Shown: positions 20,314-30,439 of the stretch, one piece after another | Layout: every line of letters begins with the position of its first letter | Numbering within the stretch: position 1 is the stretch's first letter | Assembly: GCA_038046005.1 (NCBI GenBank) | Contig: JBBSXB010000003.1 | Location: 23,193-87,192, forward strand | Direction: 5' to 3' | Length of the DNA stretch: 64,000 nt | Source: Nanobdellota archaeon | GTDB taxonomy: Archaea; Nanobdellota; Nanobdellia; Pacearchaeales; GW2011-AR1 | The notes under the pieces: model-generated | What the model was told of the DNA's origin: nothing | The model's database searches: none | Seen by the model: the letters and a program-made list of their open reading frames with translations, nothing else | Made by a program: the position numbers and the translations under genes

Positions 20314-20976
20314 TTATCTTAATATCTTTTTTAATGGGCCAAGCGCACTTCTTGACCACGCTTCAACTTCAACGCCGTTTTGTGCACAGAGTTTTTCCAA
20401 GTCACTTATTGAAAAAGGCTTTATCCATGCAATTTCTTTGTCTTTAGGTAAAACAAGTTTCGCATTAGTTTTTATTAAATAGAGCATCCCAAAATGAACT
20501 TGGTGTACGTCATGATCATGATATATGTATCCTAACAACTCTTCCCCTAAAATTTCTCCCCTTACATCAACTTCTTCTGAAATTTCTCGCCTCATACTTT
20601 CTCTAATAGGATTTTTAACACCATCTTTAGGTTCTACATGCCCTCCAAAACCCCAACTTACTTTTCCTTGAAGTCGGTCTTCGGAATAATTCTGTTTTTC
20701 ACTGGATCTTTGATATCCAAAAATTCTTCCAGTTTCAGGATTAGCAATAATAACATAAGCAATAGGCTGTTTGTAATTTGGATTTCTTTCAGCATTGCCA
20801 TTTGGATAATCTGCAGGCTCACTCGTGCTTCCTCTTCTCATAACGCTCATATTTTGTAAGATTCTGGATTCGTAATCAAGGCTCTTTGCAGGTCTGAATC
20901 CTTCAAAAAAATCTTTTCCATTATCAAACAGAATATCTTTGTTAACAACAATTATCTTCTGATCTGCTTTTGACAT
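20314..20976 (-). CDS. NUDIX-family phosphoesterase
   Basis: YKQPIAY, GFGGHVE, RREISEEV Nudix box, VHFG. Confidence 0.85.
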   Translation of the reverse strand: MSKADQKIIVVNKDILFDNGKDFFEGFRPAKSLDYESRILQNMSVMRRGSTSEPADYPNGNAERNPNYKQPIAYVIIANPETGRIFGYQRSSEKQNYSEDRLQGKVSWGFGGHVEPKDGVKNPIRESMRREISEEVDVRGEILGEELLGYIYHDHDVHQVHFGMLYLIKTNAKLVLPKDKEIAWIKPFSISDLEKLCAQNGVEVEAWSRSALGPLKKILR

Positions 20977-21036
20977 TCTTAATTTAATGATTTTTGTTTT
21001 ATAAAGAAATTTGTTATGCAAAATATATTTCTATTT

Positions 21037-24000
21037 TTAACATTTATTATAAGTACAACCGCTGCATTTAACACATCCTTCTTCATGAATTAATCTTCCA
21101 GAACAATTTGGGGTGGGGCACTTTTCTGAGTAAGCCCTCTTTTTGTTACCATTTGTTTCTTGAGGTTTATTCTTGTCTAAATTTAAATGTTCAATTTCCT
21201 CTGGAAGTCTTCTTGTTTCATAATTATCCTTTCCTTTTCTTAAATAGTCGGAAGCTTCTCTATCTGCGTGATCATAGTCAATCTCTCCAAGAAGTATAGA
21301 TCTTATTCCAAATAATTCCTTCATAGCATTAAACTTCATTATGGCTCGTGCAAATCCCATAGGTAGAGATTCAACCGCCCCCCCTCTTGTTGCAAGTGCA
21401 ACTCCAGATCCAATATCTTTAAGCTGGGCAATTATTTCATCGGCAGGCAGATGGTTTCTCAAGAACAAAGAAGTCAATCTTCCAAATCCTTCCATTGTTG
21501 CAGTTTCTTCTTTTCCCGAGTTTCCAAGTTGGGCAAAAACTTCAACAGGGGCAAAATTTCTGTGGGGATCAACAATAACTTCCATATGTATATTTCCATA
21601 CGGTGTTTCTTGTCTAATTTTTACTGCAGGCATTACTGGGGGGACCTTTATAGGCTCTCTTCTGATAATTTCCACTTTATCTTCAAGACTTTTTCCCTTG
21701 TCTCCATCATAATTAACCCCTTTTACTTTGAGGGGTTGATCTTTTCTTGTTCCGTCTCTGTAAAAAGTTACACCTTTAATCCCAAGCTCATGAGCTAATA
21801 AGAACGCTCTCTCAACATCTTCAAGAGTCGCATTGTGCCTGAAGTTTGTTGTTTTGCTTATTGCATCGTCAACATGTCTTTGCACAACAGCTTCCATCTT
21901 TAAATGGTCCTCCGGAATTATGTCATAAGATGTTACAAATATCTTTTTTATTCTGCCAAGATTTCTTTGTCTTGATTTAAATGAATCTTCACTTTCTCCC
22001 CCTTGTCTTGTAATCTCATATCCTTGAAGAGACCCACCAGATAGAGCTACACTTTGAGCACTATCGATAAATCTGTGTAATTTGTCTTTGTTATCTTCTT
22101 TGAAAAAGAAAGGATATTTCTCAAGTTTTTCATTTAAAACAGAATTGAATATGTCAATTTTTGTTCCTTGAACTGTAGTTCTTTCATATGCCAAGGCATA
22201 TTCAGGTTCCATCCCTCCAGTGGTTTGTGCGACAGTTCCTGTTGTTCCAGTAGGTGCAAGAGTCCTAACAATGGCGTTTCTTTTTGGTCTTCCATGCCTA
22301 TGATGACTATATTTGAAATTGGGAAATGCGCCGAATTTTTCCGCTTTTCTGAAAGATGCTTCATCACTTTCCTTTTCCCAGAATGTGAGAAGTTCATCAA
22401 CAAAATCTCTCCCCTCTTTAGAATCATAAGGAATTTCTAATCTGTAAAGCATATTTGCTAATCCCATAAATCCCAACCCAATTTTTCTGTTGCTCTTCTG
22501 GGTTTGTTCAATCTCAGGAGCCGTAAACTCATTTTGGTCTATTGCATTATCCAATATTTCGTACATTAAGTTAATATCTTTTGCAAATTTTTGTTCGTCA
22601 ACTAAGTATCCTGATGGGGCATTTTGATCTTTTACTAAAATTTTTTCTAAATTTATATGCCCTAAAACACAAGCCTCATAAGGAAGTAATGGTTTTTCTC
22701 CGCAAGGGTTTGTCGCTCTTATAACTCCGACTCCAATTGGTACATTTGCTAATTTTCCCTCATAATCTCTTTCCCAAACATGCTCTCTAACTAACTCCTC
22801 TAATGGTGCGTCTGGGCTTTTTGTTCTAAGTTTGTCAACAGTAGTTTTTGCTTCTTCATCAGCTTGTTCAATAAGATATTTGGCGTAATGATCTGGGTGT
22901 GTTGGATTATGGTCATTAATGTGTCCTGTAAAAATTGCACCGGGTTCTCCATTGAACCACGCTCCGAATGCAAGATGTCTTAAAACTTTTTTAGCATCTA
23001 GGTAAACAAAATTATTTTCTCCAACTTTTCCAATAATTCTGTCCGACTCATCTAACCCCTCAGGAACCCACGGACTTAGTACATCCACACCATTTTCTCC
23101 TATTTCCAAAGATGCAATCTGTTTTTTGTTTGTTTTTGTGATGTCTATGGCTTGTTTCAATTGATCTCCAGTATAAAATTCTTTGATGTGCGGTCTTCTG
23201 CTTGGATTATAATGTGTATTTCTTAATTTGTAGAATCTTCCTTCTCCATCGTTTTTTGCTGCTTCAACAAAATCATGGTCAATAGCAACAGAAATATTTG
23301 CGGCAGAAATCTCCCCATCTTGTCTTTTTGAATATAGAAATCTCATAATGTCCGGATGATTCCAATCAAGCATGAACATATTTGCTCCATCTCTCTTTCC
23401 TCCCTGATTCATTGTTTTTCCAAGCACCTGTCCTACCATCTTCATGAAAGATATAGGGCCGTCGGTGATTCCTCCTGTTGAATGAACTGCCTCATTTGCG
23501 GGTCTTAATTCAAAGTTAAATCCAGTTCCTCCAACTTCTGCTTGGATATCTGCAGCCATCTTTAGCGTTTTGAAAATTGAATCTCTTGAGTCATACATAG
23601 GAAGCACGAAGCATGCAAATAGCTGTTCTCTTATTCTTTTCTCTAAGCCTAAATCATTTGTAATCCGCTGAGAAACATTCTGCCCTTCAAGAGATTTCTC
23701 AATCTGACTTGAGATAAGTGTGTGGCCCCCATTTGCCATGTAAGGAGTATTTGGGAAGACCTCTTTATTGATCATCTTGTAAAAAACTTCTTGTGTTGTT
23801 TGATCCAAATTCACAGAAGGATCGTTTTGTTTAAGCCCTTGAGCAACATTTAACGCTACCCTATAAAAAATAACTTCTGGGGTTTCTCCAAATCTTTTGG
23901 TCTCAGGAGATTTTCTTCCCCATTTGTCTAAAACTATCTTATTATAATTTCTGTCTATTGTTGGGTCACTCATTGATTTGTATACTTCGTTAGCAACATA

Positions 24001-24159
24001 CCTCGGAAGACCTCTCAATCTTCCCACCAAAACGTCATGGTCATAGAGTTTTACTTTTTCTGTTTTTTCATCTCTCTTAATTTCAACTTCAAAGTTTGCA
24101 ACTAAAGGTGAAATTTTATCATAAACACTTTGTTGACTTTGTGAGTATGTTTCTCCCAT
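21037..24159 (-). CDS. nrdJ: Class II (adenosylcobalamin-dependent) ribonucleotide reductase with C-terminal TSCPD-like domain and Zn ribbon
   Basis: FACFVL, TNPCGE, EACVLGHINL, APTGT, AISKT, KGVTFYRDG; C-terminal CxxxxC...CxxC. Confidence 0.92.
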   Translation of the reverse strand: MGETYSQSQQSVYDKISPLVANFEVEIKRDEKTEKVKLYDHDVLVGRLRGLPRYVANEVYKSMSDPTIDRNYNKIVLDKWGRKSPETKRFGETPEVIFYRVALNVAQGLKQNDPSVNLDQTTQEVFYKMINKEVFPNTPYMANGGHTLISSQIEKSLEGQNVSQRITNDLGLEKRIREQLFACFVLPMYDSRDSIFKTLKMAADIQAEVGGTGFNFELRPANEAVHSTGGITDGPISFMKMVGQVLGKTMNQGGKRDGANMFMLDWNHPDIMRFLYSKRQDGEISAANISVAIDHDFVEAAKNDGEGRFYKLRNTHYNPSRRPHIKEFYTGDQLKQAIDITKTNKKQIASLEIGENGVDVLSPWVPEGLDESDRIIGKVGENNFVYLDAKKVLRHLAFGAWFNGEPGAIFTGHINDHNPTHPDHYAKYLIEQADEEAKTTVDKLRTKSPDAPLEELVREHVWERDYEGKLANVPIGVGVIRATNPCGEKPLLPYEACVLGHINLEKILVKDQNAPSGYLVDEQKFAKDINLMYEILDNAIDQNEFTAPEIEQTQKSNRKIGLGFMGLANMLYRLEIPYDSKEGRDFVDELLTFWEKESDEASFRKAEKFGAFPNFKYSHHRHGRPKRNAIVRTLAPTGTTGTVAQTTGGMEPEYALAYERTTVQGTKIDIFNSVLNEKLEKYPFFFKEDNKDKLHRFIDSAQSVALSGGSLQGYEITRQGGESEDSFKSRQRNLGRIKKIFVTSYDIIPEDHLKMEAVVQRHVDDAISKTTNFRHNATLEDVERAFLLAHELGIKGVTFYRDGTRKDQPLKVKGVNYDGDKGKSLEDKVEIIRREPIKVPPVMPAVKIRQETPYGNIHMEVIVDPHRNFAPVEVFAQLGNSGKEETATMEGFGRLTSLFLRNHLPADEIIAQLKDIGSGVALATRGGAVESLPMGFARAIMKFNAMKELFGIRSILLGEIDYDHADREASDYLRKGKDNYETRRLPEEIEHLNLDKNKPQETNGNKKRAYSEKCPTPNCSGRLIHEEGCVKCSGCTYNKC

Positions 24160-24596
24160 TACAGCTCCTTTATCTCTCGTTTAAAATCATTTATATCCTT
24201 GAAGTCTCTATAAACAGAAGCGAATCTTATGTACGCAACATTGTCTAATTTTTTTATTTTTTTCATTACAATCTCCCCTATAACAGAACTCTGCACCTCT
24301 TTTTTCCCCCTCTTTCTCATTTGTTCTTCAATTTCGTTTATCATTTTTTCAATTTCCTCTTTTGGCACGGGCCTTTTCTCAAAGGCTCTATGAATTCCGG
24401 TCTCGAGTTTTTCCCTCTCAAATCTTTCTCGTCGACCATCTTTCTTTACCACATAAAAGTCACCTTTAGTTATTTTTTCGTAAGTTGTGAATCTTTTTCC
24501 GCATTTCAGGCATTCCCTTCTCCTCCTTGTTCCCTCAGGCGAGTCTCTCTTATCTGTAACTTTTGAATCTGAATGTGAGCAGTATGGGCAAATCAT
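24159..24596 (-). CDS. nrdR: Transcriptional repressor NrdR (likely start MICPYC)
   Basis: CPYC...RRRRECLKCGKRFTTYE Zn ribbon, ATP-cone VVKKDGRRERF, VAYIRFASVY. Confidence 0.96.
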   Translation of the reverse strand: MICPYCSHSDSKVTDKRDSPEGTRRRRECLKCGKRFTTYEKITKGDFYVVKKDGRRERFEREKLETGIHRAFEKRPVPKEEIEKMINEIEEQMRKRGKKEVQSSVIGEIVMKKIKKLDNVAYIRFASVYRDFKDINDFKREIKEL

Positions 24597-24617
24597 GTTT
24601 TTTGTAACATACAGTCT

Positions 24618-24665
24618 ATACAACAGGTTGTATGTTCGTTTCTCCTAAACACCTATAGGTTGTGT
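24618..24665. promoter_or_regulatory. Tandem NrdR boxes
   Basis: ATACAACAGGTTGTAT (24618-24633) and CACCTATAGGTTGTGT (24650-24665), starts 32 bp apart, between the TATA box and the nrdR start. Confidence 0.8.
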
Positions 24666-24785
24666 TTGCTATTCCTGAATACCTAAAGCGTATTTAAAGA
24701 TTTATGATTATTTTTAAGTGATAAGATTTTAATTTTCATTTTTTACAACAATAATCCTTAAATACCAAACATAAATCAAGAAAAC

Positions 24786-25295
24786 ATGGAACTTGACATA
24801 CTTACGAGATTCAAATCTGATGATGGTAGAGTCTACGTATTCAATCATAATTTTGATAGTGTTTACAAAAATATTCCAAACGCAGTAAGGCATTTTAATG
24901 ACACAATTCACAAGGAGAGCCTGGAAGAAGTTCGAGGCCGTGCATTTAGCTTAGTCAATGCAATAATGTGGGGAAGTGATGAGGGAGATAAAATGATAGA
25001 CTTTTTTGGAATAGGTCCAAATTATTCTTTAGATGGTGATTGGAATTCAAACCCTGATGTTTTTTCTTGGGTGACTAGAAATGGGTTAATTGTTCCCGGT
25101 AAAAATATTTCGGAAGTTACATGTGGTAAAGGATTAATTATCTTGGGAGAAGAAGAAAGATATAGAAGATCAACACTTGAGGACAGTTATCTTTCAATAC
25201 CTCCAAAAATAGGAGAGTTAAAGTTAATGATTGGTGACTATGCGACGCCGGAAGAAAGAGAAAATTTGCTTAGCCTAATTGCTTCTCAAAAATAA
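24786..25295 (+). CDS. Hypothetical protein
   Basis: 169-aa ORF. Confidence 0.6.
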   Translation: MELDILTRFKSDDGRVYVFNHNFDSVYKNIPNAVRHFNDTIHKESLEEVRGRAFSLVNAIMWGSDEGDKMIDFFGIGPNYSLDGDWNSNPDVFSWVTRNGLIVPGKNISEVTCGKGLIILGEEERYRRSTLEDSYLSIPPKIGELKLMIGDYATPEERENLLSLIASQK

Positions 25296-25687
25296 ACAGC
25301 GTCATAAACTTTTGAAAGAACATTATTTATTATCATTTCTTTTGCAGCAGTCATTCCTTCTTCATTCATAATCAAGCTTTCTTTCGGTCCTATGCGGTAT
25401 TTGTCAATAACTAAAACAAGATTGTCGCAGTTTTTCGGCAAATTTTCAGAAATTTTATTCATCAAGTCAAGATCATTCACTCTTATTGTAAAAAACAATC
25501 TGTAATCAACAATGCTAACGTCAATATTGTCTATTGGAAAATCAACAAAATCAATGACATTCCTTAAATGGTTGTGTTGTGTATGCTTAAATTTTATTTT
25601 ATGGAACTTAGCCCAGTGTTCTATTTGTGCTATCAAAACTAAAGCGTGTTTTTTTATAAATAACTTTTGACAAGGTTTATAAATCAT
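25286..25687 (-). CDS. Hypothetical protein
   Basis: 133-aa ORF, convergent with the previous gene. Confidence 0.5.
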   Translation of the reverse strand: MIYKPCQKLFIKKHALVLIAQIEHWAKFHKIKFKHTQHNHLRNVIDFVDFPIDNIDVSIVDYRLFFTIRVNDLDLMNKISENLPKNCDNLVLVIDKYRIGPKESLIMNEEGMTAAKEMIINNVLSKVYDAVYF

Positions 25688-25748
25688 AAAAAATTTATTT
25701 ACTAACTTCTCTTATCAAAATTAAGAAATTAAATAAGAGGGATTTAAC

Positions 25749-26000
25749 ATGGATGACAAAAAATATCAAATGCCAGAAGATAGAGGCCATAAAACTATAG
25801 ATAAAATACCTGAAGATCTTAGACCAGCCTCCACTAGAGAAGTTTATCCTCTTGGACAGCCAGGTGCAGCAATGCGGGAAGCCCACAATTACTTTTTTAG
25901 CACACTTAAAGGAATGGGTCTTATAACTTTTGATTATGAGACCTATACTAGAAAACACATGGGGCAGCCTAAAGGCGGAAAAGACGATGACGATAAATAA
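25749..26000 (+). CDS. Hypothetical protein
   Basis: 83 aa with GAGG upstream. Confidence 0.5.
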   Translation: MDDKKYQMPEDRGHKTIDKIPEDLRPASTREVYPLGQPGAAMREAHNYFFSTLKGMGLITFDYETYTRKHMGQPKGGKDDDDK

Positions 26001-26065
26001 CCAATAGCTTCAATTACCTTTGAACCCTTCGCTTCATTTATAAATAAGTTGTTCTTTAGTTTGTC

Positions 26066-28357
26066 ATGGCCGACGACAAAAAATTCATACTGATGAATCT
26101 TGATGATGAAAGATCAAAGAAAGTTGCAGAAGTAATAAGCAATCCAACTTGCAAAAAGATTCTCAATTATCTTGCAGACAATAAAGAAAAGTCTGAGGAA
26201 GATATCGCCAAGGATTTAGGTATTCCTTTGAATACTGCAGAATATAATTTAAAGAAATTAGTTGAGTCTGGCCTTGTTGAAAAATCAAAAAACTTTTTCT
26301 GGAGCAAAAAAGGCAAAAAAATAAATCTTTATAAGCCTGCAAACAGACATATAGTCATATTCCCAAAAAAGAGGCCCGACATGAACCTATTAAAGACAAT
26401 TGTCCCGATACTGATAATTGGGGCTGCTTTAATTGCAATAATTGCTTTACTTTCCAATAATGACCAAACTTCAAGCCAGGAGCTAAACAAATTTTCTTCA
26501 TTAGATGACCTTAATAAATTTTTGAAAGACAATCAGGTTGAGCAGGGAAGAGGATCAATGTTTGAGTCTGCTGGTGTAGCAAAAGGAACAGTAGCATCTG
26601 CATCTGGTGCGGCGGATTCAGCAGCACCTAGCGCACAGGGTGCAAGCGAGTATTCTTCAACAAACATACAGGTAGAGGGAGTAGATGAATCAGATGTAAT
26701 AAAAAACGATGGAAAATACATTTATGTTGTTTCAGGAAATAAGGTTGTAATTGTTGATGCTTTTCCAGCAGACAGCATGAAAGTTTTAAGTGAAATAAAT
26801 CTTAGTGATTCTGTAGGGGAAATTTTTGTTAATGGGAATAGGCTTGTTGTTTTTACAAGACAGTATTCTCCAATTCTTTATGGGGGAATAAGATGCATGG
26901 CAGTAGGATGTATAATGCCCCCTTATCGTGATGAATCAAAGACGGGAGTTTTTATTTATGATATTTCAAACAGACAAGATCCTGTTTTAGATGATAATAT
27001 CTCTCTAACTGGAGATTATGTTTCATCAAGAATGATTGATAATTACGTTTACTTAGTCGCAAACCAGTATGCTTATCCAGAAGGTGTTCTTCCAGCCTAT
27101 GATAAAAATGGAGAAACAAGTGTTGTTAAAGCAGATGAAGTTTACTACTCTCCTATAAGAGATCAGTCTTTCCAATTTACAAACATACTCACGATTAACA
27201 TTAATAATGGGGAAACATCTGAAAAAACAGTTTTAACAGGTTCTTCTCAGACAATTTTTGTTTCAAAAGAAAACATTTACACAACCTATACCAAATATCC
27301 TTATTGGTATGGTGGAAGAGAGTCAGATTTAGAAAAAACAATAATAAATAAATTTTCAATAGATAAAGACGAAGTTCAATTTTTGTCTAGTGGAGAAGTT
27401 TCTGGGCATTTATTAAATCAATTTTCAATGGATGAAGACAAAGATTATTTTAGAATTGCAACAACAATTTCAGGATATGTCAATAACAGAGACACTTCAA
27501 CAAACAATGTTTACGTTTTAGATAAGGAATTAAATGTTGTTGGAAAAATAGAGGGAATAGCCCAGGGTGAAAGCATTTATTCTGTAAGATTTATTGGGGA
27601 CAGGGCCTATATGGTTACATTCAAGCATGTTGATCCTTTATTTGTTATAGGATTGGAGGATCCAACAAACCCAACCCTTTTAGGAAAGCTAAAAATTCCG
27701 GGTTATTCAGAATATCTTCATCCTTTAGATGAAACGCATCTTATAGGTGTTGGTAAAGAAGTTGATGAAAGCATTGATGCAGACAAAGTTCATACAGAGG
27801 GGGCTGTTTACTACACAGCCATCCAAGGAGTAAAGCTTGCAATATTTGATGTTTCTGATGTCAATAATCCAATAGAAATGTACAAAGAGGTTATAGGGGA
27901 CAGGGGAACACAAAGCCCTGCAGAAACAGATCATAAAGCATTTTTGTTTGACAAGAAAAGAAATTTGTTAGTTATACCAATAACTGTAGCAGAGCTTAAG
28001 CCTGGCCAGTCAAAAGATATGGAGGGTGAGTTCACATTCCAAGGACTTTATGTTTATAATGTAAACCTTGAAGAAGGGTTCAATCTTAAAGGAAAAATAA
28101 CCCACTATGAAGATGACGCGGCATTTAAGAAATCAGGGTATTACTTTTATGGCGGAGATAAAAGCATTTCAAGATCTTTATACATGGATGATGTTTTGTA
28201 TTCATTCTCCCCTTCAATGATAAAGGCAAATGACCTTAATACGCTAGACAAGATAAACTCTGTTGATTTGCCATATGAAAGCACAAACTACTATAATTAC
28301 TGTGGTGGTGGAGGAATTGCAGTAGCAGAAGTCGTTACTGGTGTTGCTGTGAAATAA
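26066..28357 (+). CDS. ArsR-like HTH + transmembrane helix + extracellular beta-propeller (Beta_propel-type) protein
   Basis: N-terminal VAEVISNPTCKKILNYL...YNLKKLVESGLV; TM near aa 110-130; propeller signatures YSSTNIQVEGVDESDVIKNDGKYIY, LNQFSMDE, ESIYSVRFIGDRAYMVTF, LKIPGYSEYLHP. Confidence 0.88.
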   Translation: MADDKKFILMNLDDERSKKVAEVISNPTCKKILNYLADNKEKSEEDIAKDLGIPLNTAEYNLKKLVESGLVEKSKNFFWSKKGKKINLYKPANRHIVIFPKKRPDMNLLKTIVPILIIGAALIAIIALLSNNDQTSSQELNKFSSLDDLNKFLKDNQVEQGRGSMFESAGVAKGTVASASGAADSAAPSAQGASEYSSTNIQVEGVDESDVIKNDGKYIYVVSGNKVVIVDAFPADSMKVLSEINLSDSVGEIFVNGNRLVVFTRQYSPILYGGIRCMAVGCIMPPYRDESKTGVFIYDISNRQDPVLDDNISLTGDYVSSRMIDNYVYLVANQYAYPEGVLPAYDKNGETSVVKADEVYYSPIRDQSFQFTNILTININNGETSEKTVLTGSSQTIFVSKENIYTTYTKYPYWYGGRESDLEKTIINKFSIDKDEVQFLSSGEVSGHLLNQFSMDEDKDYFRIATTISGYVNNRDTSTNNVYVLDKELNVVGKIEGIAQGESIYSVRFIGDRAYMVTFKHVDPLFVIGLEDPTNPTLLGKLKIPGYSEYLHPLDETHLIGVGKEVDESIDADKVHTEGAVYYTAIQGVKLAIFDVSDVNNPIEMYKEVIGDRGTQSPAETDHKAFLFDKKRNLLVIPITVAELKPGQSKDMEGEFTFQGLYVYNVNLEEGFNLKGKITHYEDDAAFKKSGYYFYGGDKSISRSLYMDDVLYSFSPSMIKANDLNTLDKINSVDLPYESTNYYNYCGGGGIAVAEVVTGVAVK

Positions 28358-28377
28358 TTTTATTATTTTTATTTATT

Positions 28378-28956
28378 TTATAATTTCATTACTCTTTCTC
28401 TAATTTTTAGAGGATATTTTTTTAAATAATTTAGCAATTTTTGCTTATCAATTTTCTTTTTTATTGTATTCAAGGTTTTTTTATCCATTTTCTGATGGAA
28501 AACAACCATATCTATAAAGGTCTTTTCTAAATCTGAATAAGGAAGATAAAAATTACCTTCTTCTATATAATCTGATCCAAAAAAATATTTTTTATTAATA
28601 TTCCTTAACAAAATATTTCTGCCCATTAAACTTCGTACGCCTCTTCGAACTTTTTTTGTGGTGATGATAACTGGAATTGTTTCTTGCTCCCAAATTCCAT
28701 AATGGCTCAGAGCACTTTGCAAACCAAGATAAGCCGGCTTAAAAGAGAAAACTGCCAAAGATATTTCATTATGTTTAGTGTAAACTCCCTTGCCTATTTT
28801 TTTTATTTTTCCCTTTTTTAACAGATTGTAAACCAACAATTTAGCGTAATTGCTATTTTTGGATTTGCCAATTATTCTCTCTAACGACTTAAAATCTAAA
28901 ATCGGGCTTTTCTCAAATAAGGCTTCTATTTTTTCTAAATGTATTTGTTTTCCCAT
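28378..28956 (-). CDS. AbiEi-like antitoxin (type IV toxin-antitoxin)
   Basis: wHTH LLKKGKIKKIGKGVY, AYLGLQSALSHYG, SDLEKTFID; overlaps the AbiEii gene. Confidence 0.8.
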   Translation of the reverse strand: MGKQIHLEKIEALFEKSPILDFKSLERIIGKSKNSNYAKLLVYNLLKKGKIKKIGKGVYTKHNEISLAVFSFKPAYLGLQSALSHYGIWEQETIPVIITTKKVRRGVRSLMGRNILLRNINKKYFFGSDYIEEGNFYLPYSDLEKTFIDMVVFHQKMDKKTLNTIKKKIDKQKLLNYLKKYPLKIRERVMKL

Positions 28957-29588
28957 TTTCGTTTTATGTAATTAATCATTTCATCTGCAGAAGGAACTAT
29001 TCCTTCAAGCAAAATAACCTTTAAATCTTCCTCGTCAATTGGTTTTTTATAATTATTAATCAAGTTCCCGACTTCTTTTATTGTTCCAGGATTCTCTACA
29101 ATTTTTAGCAAAAAGAAAACATCCCACAAATCCCTGACTTTAAATCTCTTCAAATATGTGTTGGATTTTTCAGATAAAAAAGATTCAGGAGTTAGGCTGT
29201 AGATCGACACAATATTTCCATCAGACATTTCATAGTCACAAATTATTCCAGAAATTTTTTGAAAAGTTGCTTCTAATCTTATCAACAGCCTGTTTAACTC
29301 TAATTCAGAATAAACGCTTGTTTCTGAAATTTTTCTCTTTTTAATCTCAAATCCCGCTTTTTTTAAATTTTCAAATAAAATATCTATTTTTTTCCTGTCT
29401 TTAGGGAGATAAAAATCCAAATCTTCTGAGAACCTCTTTCCATCATAGCATCTCCAAATAGCTGTTCCTCCATGCAAAACAGCCTTATCAAAAACAGAGT
29501 AAACTTCTTTTACAATCAAATCCTGAGCATAAGCTATCTTCCTATGGATTTCTCGTTTTAACTTTGTTTGCAAAGGTATCTTTATCAT
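28935..29588 (-). CDS. AbiEii/AbiGii-family nucleotidyltransferase toxin
   Basis: LHGGTAI...RFSEDLDF, EK, RDLWD motifs. Confidence 0.9.
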   Translation of the reverse strand: MIKIPLQTKLKREIHRKIAYAQDLIVKEVYSVFDKAVLHGGTAIWRCYDGKRFSEDLDFYLPKDRKKIDILFENLKKAGFEIKKRKISETSVYSELELNRLLIRLEATFQKISGIICDYEMSDGNIVSIYSLTPESFLSEKSNTYLKRFKVRDLWDVFFLLKIVENPGTIKEVGNLINNYKKPIDEEDLKVILLEGIVPSADEMINYIKRKWENKYI

Positions 29589-29635
29589 ACTATCTACAAA
29601 AGGTATACATTTATATATCTTTCGTTAACATCACA

Positions 29636-29698
29636 TTTCAGCAAGTGTAACAGCAGTGTTCAAAATCAAATAATTTTTTATTATTTTTATTTATTTTA
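29636..29698 (+). repeat. Orphan copy of the SIMPL gene 3' end plus T-rich tail
   Basis: 29636-29673 matches 32009-32046 at 36/38 nt and reads SASVTAVFKIK*. Confidence 0.85.
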
Positions 29699-29706
29699 AA
29701 ATCTTA

Positions 29707-30405
29707 CTAATTTTTTTGGTCGTGATACATCACCCATCTATTGAGATACATAAAAGGAATGTCTATAATACCAACTAGCCACTTAACCAATGTTAATCCA
29801 ATAATCAATGGAAGTATTGGTTGAACCCCTGCAAATGCAATAGTAACAAATAAAATTGAATCTATCGCCATTGATGGTATGGAACTAAGCGCATTCCTTG
29901 CCCATAAATGTTTACCTTTAGTTACTTTTTTAAAAATAGAAAAGATGTAAGCATCTAAATTTTCACTTATCAAGAAAGCTATCCATGATGCGAAAATAAT
30001 TCTCGGAACTTGGCCGATTATTAATGATAATGCGTTTTGGTTGGTCCAAAACGGAGCAGAAGAAAAAGAAAGAACTAACCATGAAAAAAATGCTACTGCA
30101 ACTTGAGCTATGAATGCAATAAAAATCATTTTATGTGTTTCTTTCCTTCCAAATTTTTCATTTACAATATCCGTCATCAAGAATGTAACAGAAAAGATCA
30201 AAACTGCCGCTGGTGCATAAAAAGTTGCAAAGCCTAAATCAAAACTTGCAATTTTAACTGCAGCAATATTACTAAATGTTATAAAGGCAATATAAAAGCC
30301 AATTATTGCATCTGGCCTCTGATATCTTCTAACATATAAAGAACCAATAATTGTAACAGCGCTAATCAAAATTATCCAAAGAATAATTAATATTAAGTCA
30401 TTCAT
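29707..30405 (-). CDS. Queuosine precursor transporter (VUT/YhhQ family)
   Basis: SNIAAVK, FLMTDIVNEKFG, PRIIFASWIAFLISENLD, HLWARN. Confidence 0.9.
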   Translation of the reverse strand: MNDLILIILWIILISAVTIIGSLYVRRYQRPDAIIGFYIAFITFSNIAAVKIASFDLGFATFYAPAAVLIFSVTFLMTDIVNEKFGRKETHKMIFIAFIAQVAVAFFSWLVLSFSSAPFWTNQNALSLIIGQVPRIIFASWIAFLISENLDAYIFSIFKKVTKGKHLWARNALSSIPSMAIDSILFVTIAFAGVQPILPLIIGLTLVKWLVGIIDIPFMYLNRWVMYHDQKN

Positions 30406-30439
30406 TGTGGATTAAACAAAATAGTATTTATTAACTTTA

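Noticed and set aside
21037-24159. Intein in the ribonucleotide reductase
   Set aside because: No C/S...HN splice junctions or homing endonuclease motifs in the insertions.
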